A DNA stretch of 51,366 bases, counting the filler, from Jimgerdemannia flammicorona (taxonomy: Eukaryota): NCBI GenBank assembly GCA_003990765.1. It is 2 parts of 2 records of this genome, joined end to end, with 100 filler letters (N's around TTAATTAATTAA, not from the genome) between each part and the next. Parts side by side here need not be neighbours in the genome. Positions count along the whole stretch, not along the records: positions 25,735 to 51,366 come from RBNJ01000809.1; 1 more part is not named here. One strand, written 5' to 3'. The notes under the pieces are model-generated. The model was not told where the DNA came from. It made no database searches and saw only the letters and a list, made by a program, of their open reading frames with translations. Below, piece after piece: positions 48,080-51,366 of this stretch; within the stretch, counting starts at the first letter, position 1, and each line of letters opens with the position of its first letter. The position numbers and the translations under genes were made by a program.

Positions 48080-48967
48080 TTCATTATCACTTCCTTCTAA
48101 TTCCAGTTCTGGTCTAGATTCAGATTCAGATTCTGACTCTGTTTCACTTTCTGAACTGTCACTGGAGATGGGGGTGCTTGAGTATCTTGAGGATGGTGTT
48201 CTGGATCTTTGATGAAATGGAATAAGCCTAGGTATTCTTGAAGGAGCTGCTTCCAGGTCTGCAAGGGCTGATGGTAAGGGTTTAATGGGTGATATTGATT
48301 GAACTGCTGTGGGGTACCTGGCTACAGGATTTTGGGCTTATATAATAAGAACTTCTAGTTCTTGGGCAAGTTCTTCAAAGTCTCCAAAAGGGCCACCTGT
48401 GTTATCTAGTTGATCTGGTTGGGGATTTCAGGTTGTATTAGCTTTTAGTTGGGATCCTTCTTATGCTGTATAGTTGATAAGTCTTGAAGTAATTACTTCT
48501 CTTCCTGTCTAGATGCTGGTAATGACTGGTTCTCCTGTAGTGGAGGAAATTGATATTGTATGAAATATATCCCATTTGACTCTAGGTTCTTGTGAGATAA
48601 AAAGTTATGATGATTTTGAAATCTTCCCAGTTGAGCCTTCAAATGTAATATATCTGACTCAATCGAGATAAATTACAATATTAGAGATTGGTGAAGTTTG
48701 TCTTGAGCCCTCAGTTACTTTGTTAAAGGCAATAAAATGTTCTTAGTATTTAGTGGTATAATAGTCAAAGCTGGATATCTGCAAGTGATTTGTATATCAA
48801 TTTCCTTATTGGGATGGTTCTTCTAGAAGTAGCAGTGATTTGTATGTAAGTGATGGTCTGGTAATTTAGCAGTTTTTCTTATATGATTTCTACATGATGA
48901 TCTCTTGTATAGTGGGATGGTCTCTGTATAGTACAGTGGATTTCTTATGTGTGATGTTCTGCCAATT

Positions 48968-49849
48968 TGGCAGATAACTCAATTTGACATAGATTCTCCT
49001 AAATTGACTCACTGGGAATTACACTAGTAGCAGATTCTTCTCACTAAATAACTCAGATTGTGTAGATCACTCAGATGTCATGGATAATTGAGATAACTCA
49101 GGTAACTTGGATATTGCGGATAATTCAGATAACTCAGATAACTCAGATGTCATGGACTTTCTTGAGCAAAGTTGCATCAAGACTGGCTTCGTTTGAATAG
49201 AGTTGTATTGTTAGACTGGCTCTACTGTGAAGTTGCATCAACAGACTGGCTTTGTAGCAAGGATAGTGAGCTTTCTGGAAGTACAGATAACTTGGAAATG
49301 GCAGCTTATTTCTTAAGCAGTGAATTACTCAAATGGTGGTTAAGTCCTTCCTTGAACTTGGCAGCAAACTCAGATTCTTCAGAGATATCTGGCAAGCAAA
49401 CCAAAAACATAACAAACTCTTCTTTATATCAGGAAGTAGACCAGAGTAGAAAGAAATGCTTTGCTTACAATCTTCTAGTAATAGCTGTAGAGTTCCTCTT
49501 GAAGTGTGGTAGGCAGACTTGACATTTGCTTTGGATTCAATTTGGACTGAGGTTTATTCCCTCTTATCTCTGAGATATTTTATACAGTTGTAGTTACTAC
49601 TGGTTACTATGTTGCTAACTATAGATTGCTATCTACAGAAAGTATTCCTAGAGGATACAGTATACCTTGAGGGTATGGTGTATCTTGGGGGCATGGTGTA
49701 TCTGAAGGATACAGGTAAACATACTGTTTCTGATATCTTTGGCTAAATATATAAGTTGGTGCAGTAAAGCAGTTTTGATTGCTTTGTGTACTAGATATAG
49801 TATATGGCTAATTTATAAATTTTGTAGTATAATTCTGTTGCTTGTCACA
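48968..49849 (-). repeat. Gypsy-2 5' LTR (outer end firm, inner boundary uncertain)
   Basis: The outer end TGTGACAAG (minus) is defined by the 41124 copy. Contains TATAAAA..GAATAAACCTCAG (minus, 49548-49588) and 9-bp AGATAACTC tandem units at 48970-49150. Confidence 0.65.
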
Positions 49850-51339
49850 CTATATATAAGATGAATGACTTTTATAGATCAGGATACACAAGGATTAGTA
49901 CTGTGGTCATGTAATGCTCAAGGGCTAGTACTTGTGATTACATCTATTTATATAGTATTCCTTTCTTGAGAAGAATCCAGATTGGAGTAGCAATTTGTGC
50001 AAAGTCCTTATTAAACCTTTGGTAGTAAGATACTAGTATTAAGAATGATAGTATTTTCTTTAGGGTCTTGAGTACTGGCCAGTTGTTGATTATCTCTATT
50101 TTCTTTATGTCTGCTTGAGTTCCTTCTTTTGAAACTATAAATCTAAGGAATTCAAGTTTCTGTTTTCCAAAGTAGTATTTCTTAGTATTGAGTCTCAGGT
50201 AGTTCTTGTGAGTGAGCTTAAAGAATTCTTTTTGGTGGTGCAAGTATTCCTTGAAATTTGCTGAATAACTATTGGAATCATCAATATATACAATTAGGCA
50301 GTGGTAGATCAGTAGACCTTAGACTGAGTTCATCATTCTCTGAAAGATGGGAGATGTATTGCAAAGTCTAAAGAGTATTTAAAAATATTCAAACAGGTTT
50401 CCTAGGGTAAGGAAGGCTATCTTCTGAATGTCTTTGGGATCTATAGAGCTCTCATAGAATTATATAAAAAGGTCCATATTGCTGAAGTATCTGATATCTT
50501 ATAACTGTTCTAAGAGGTCATTGATTCTCATCAAAGAATAGATATCCTTCTTAGTGACTGAATTGAGATTTCTGCTATCTAGAGTCTCCATTTCCCTTTC
50601 TTTGGTATAATAAGTAGTGGGCTGGCCCAAGGGCAAGTAGAGTATCAGATGACTCTATTGTCTAAGAGTTCTTGAATATATTCCTTTCAAATGTCTTTAA
50701 GAGATAGGGTATTCTATAAGGTTTCTACCAGATAGGTATAGTATTTTCTGAATTTATACTGGATGATATGATGGATTATATAGTAGGTTACTATAATTAG
50801 TAGTAAAGATATCTTGATATATGTTGAGGAGTTCTATTAGTTGTTATCATTGCTGAGGTATCAATTCTTCTCCAATATTGGTGGAAAGCTTTATTGTCTC
50901 CTGGGTTACAGAGGGGCCTTTCCTTTCTTCTGAGACCTTTTGTCATTTCCTGATAGCTTTAGCTCATAGACAACTTTGGTTTTGGTTAAGGAATGGTACT
51001 AAATGTCCTATGATGGTTCTTTTTGACAAGATGATGCTTTCCCAGCTCTGGTTGGTTGCTTGGAAGTGTACTGAATTTACCTTATTAGGGAATATATGTC
51101 TTCTGACATCCAGGTTTGGGATATCTACATTGGGTTTGAAGAAGAGGTTTCTGGGGTCGGGTGGTGCAAAGATTTCGAAGGTGGTTTGCTCTCCCAGCTC
51201 CAGGATGAGGTTCTTATACAGTTTGACTGATTGGTAATACACTTGCCAGAGGACATCCTTCTTGAGATAGTTGATCTGAAGAAGATCTACTTCTTTCTTA
51301 CCTGAGCTTCCAAATCTTTCAGCTTACCTTGTTTCTTAA
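49850..51339 (-). mobile_element. Older copy of the Gypsy-2 family (dUTPase end, spacer, RT, start of RNase H) that hosts Gypsy-2
   Basis: Collinear with 43090-44595, with many transitions and a small deletion. ORFs 49944-50243 and 50964-51242. Confidence 0.92.
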
Positions 51340-51366
51340 TTTTTTTTTTTTTTTTTTTTTTTTTTT
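51340..51366 (-). repeat. Poly-T run, probably the poly(A) tail of a further LINE beyond the window edge
   Basis: Abruptly interrupts the dUTPase coding sequence, like the LINE tails at 744 and 4929. Confidence 0.6.

Larger units (their letters stand above)
40991..49849 (-). mobile_element. Gypsy-2: Ty3/Gypsy LTR retrotransposon (no chromodomain seen) carrying a dUTPase between PR and RT
   Basis: The 3' LTR remnant 40991-41124 aligns with 49717-49849. PPT-like GTGGGGGCTAA near 41125-41135 (minus). Domain order gag-PR-spacer-dUTPase-RT-RH-INT. Confidence 0.92.

Noticed and set aside
48970..49150. Short AGATAACTC repeats and the palindrome TCTGCCA-ATT-TGGCAGA as a self-priming PBS
   Set aside because: The palindrome lies in a locally duplicated ~110-bp unit (a similar sequence is near 48850-48872), and the matching part of the 3' LTR is missing, so the LTR/PBS boundary cannot be established.

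Overview
Eukaryotic, repeat-dominated window. It is most consistent with a fungus, probably an early-diverging Mucoromycota-like lineage; this is inferred from short GT-AG introns, a Crinkler-type gene and the TE families, and is not proven. The window is a graveyard of decayed transposons around one apparently intact, CpG-rich gene. (1) 0.7-21.6 kb is a three-layer nest: an L1/Tx1-like LINE (A) is split by a full-length LINE (B, 16-bp TSD), which is itself split by a complete chromovirus-type Ty3/Gypsy element (Gypsy-1; 1.5-kb LTRs, iMet-like PBS, PPT, 5-bp TSD). (2) 21.6-32.2 kb is AT-rich decayed DNA with LTR relics, a MITE copy, a partial LINE (C) and an assembly gap. (3) 32.35-35.19 kb is a spliced Crinkler (CRN) gene with a ubiquitin-like N-terminal domain, an AAA+ NTPase and a PD-(D/E)XK-like C-terminal domain. 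(4) 35.9-51.4 kb holds a LINE (D) abutting a second, unrelated Gypsy element (Gypsy-2) that is inserted into an older copy of its own family. The most notable observations are these. Both Gypsy lineages encode a complete trimeric dUTPase, at different polyprotein positions (NC-dUTPase-PR versus PR-dUTPase-RT). Both LTRs of Gypsy-1 carry a fossil integrase C-terminal (GPY/F) fragment from another Gypsy lineage. The CRN gene has CTG where the usual ATG would be, but a plausible upstream exon would add a mitochondrial-presequence-like leader. Repeat copies differ mostly by C>T/G>A transitions at CpG and CpA. All alignments and translations were done by eye; no database searches were run.
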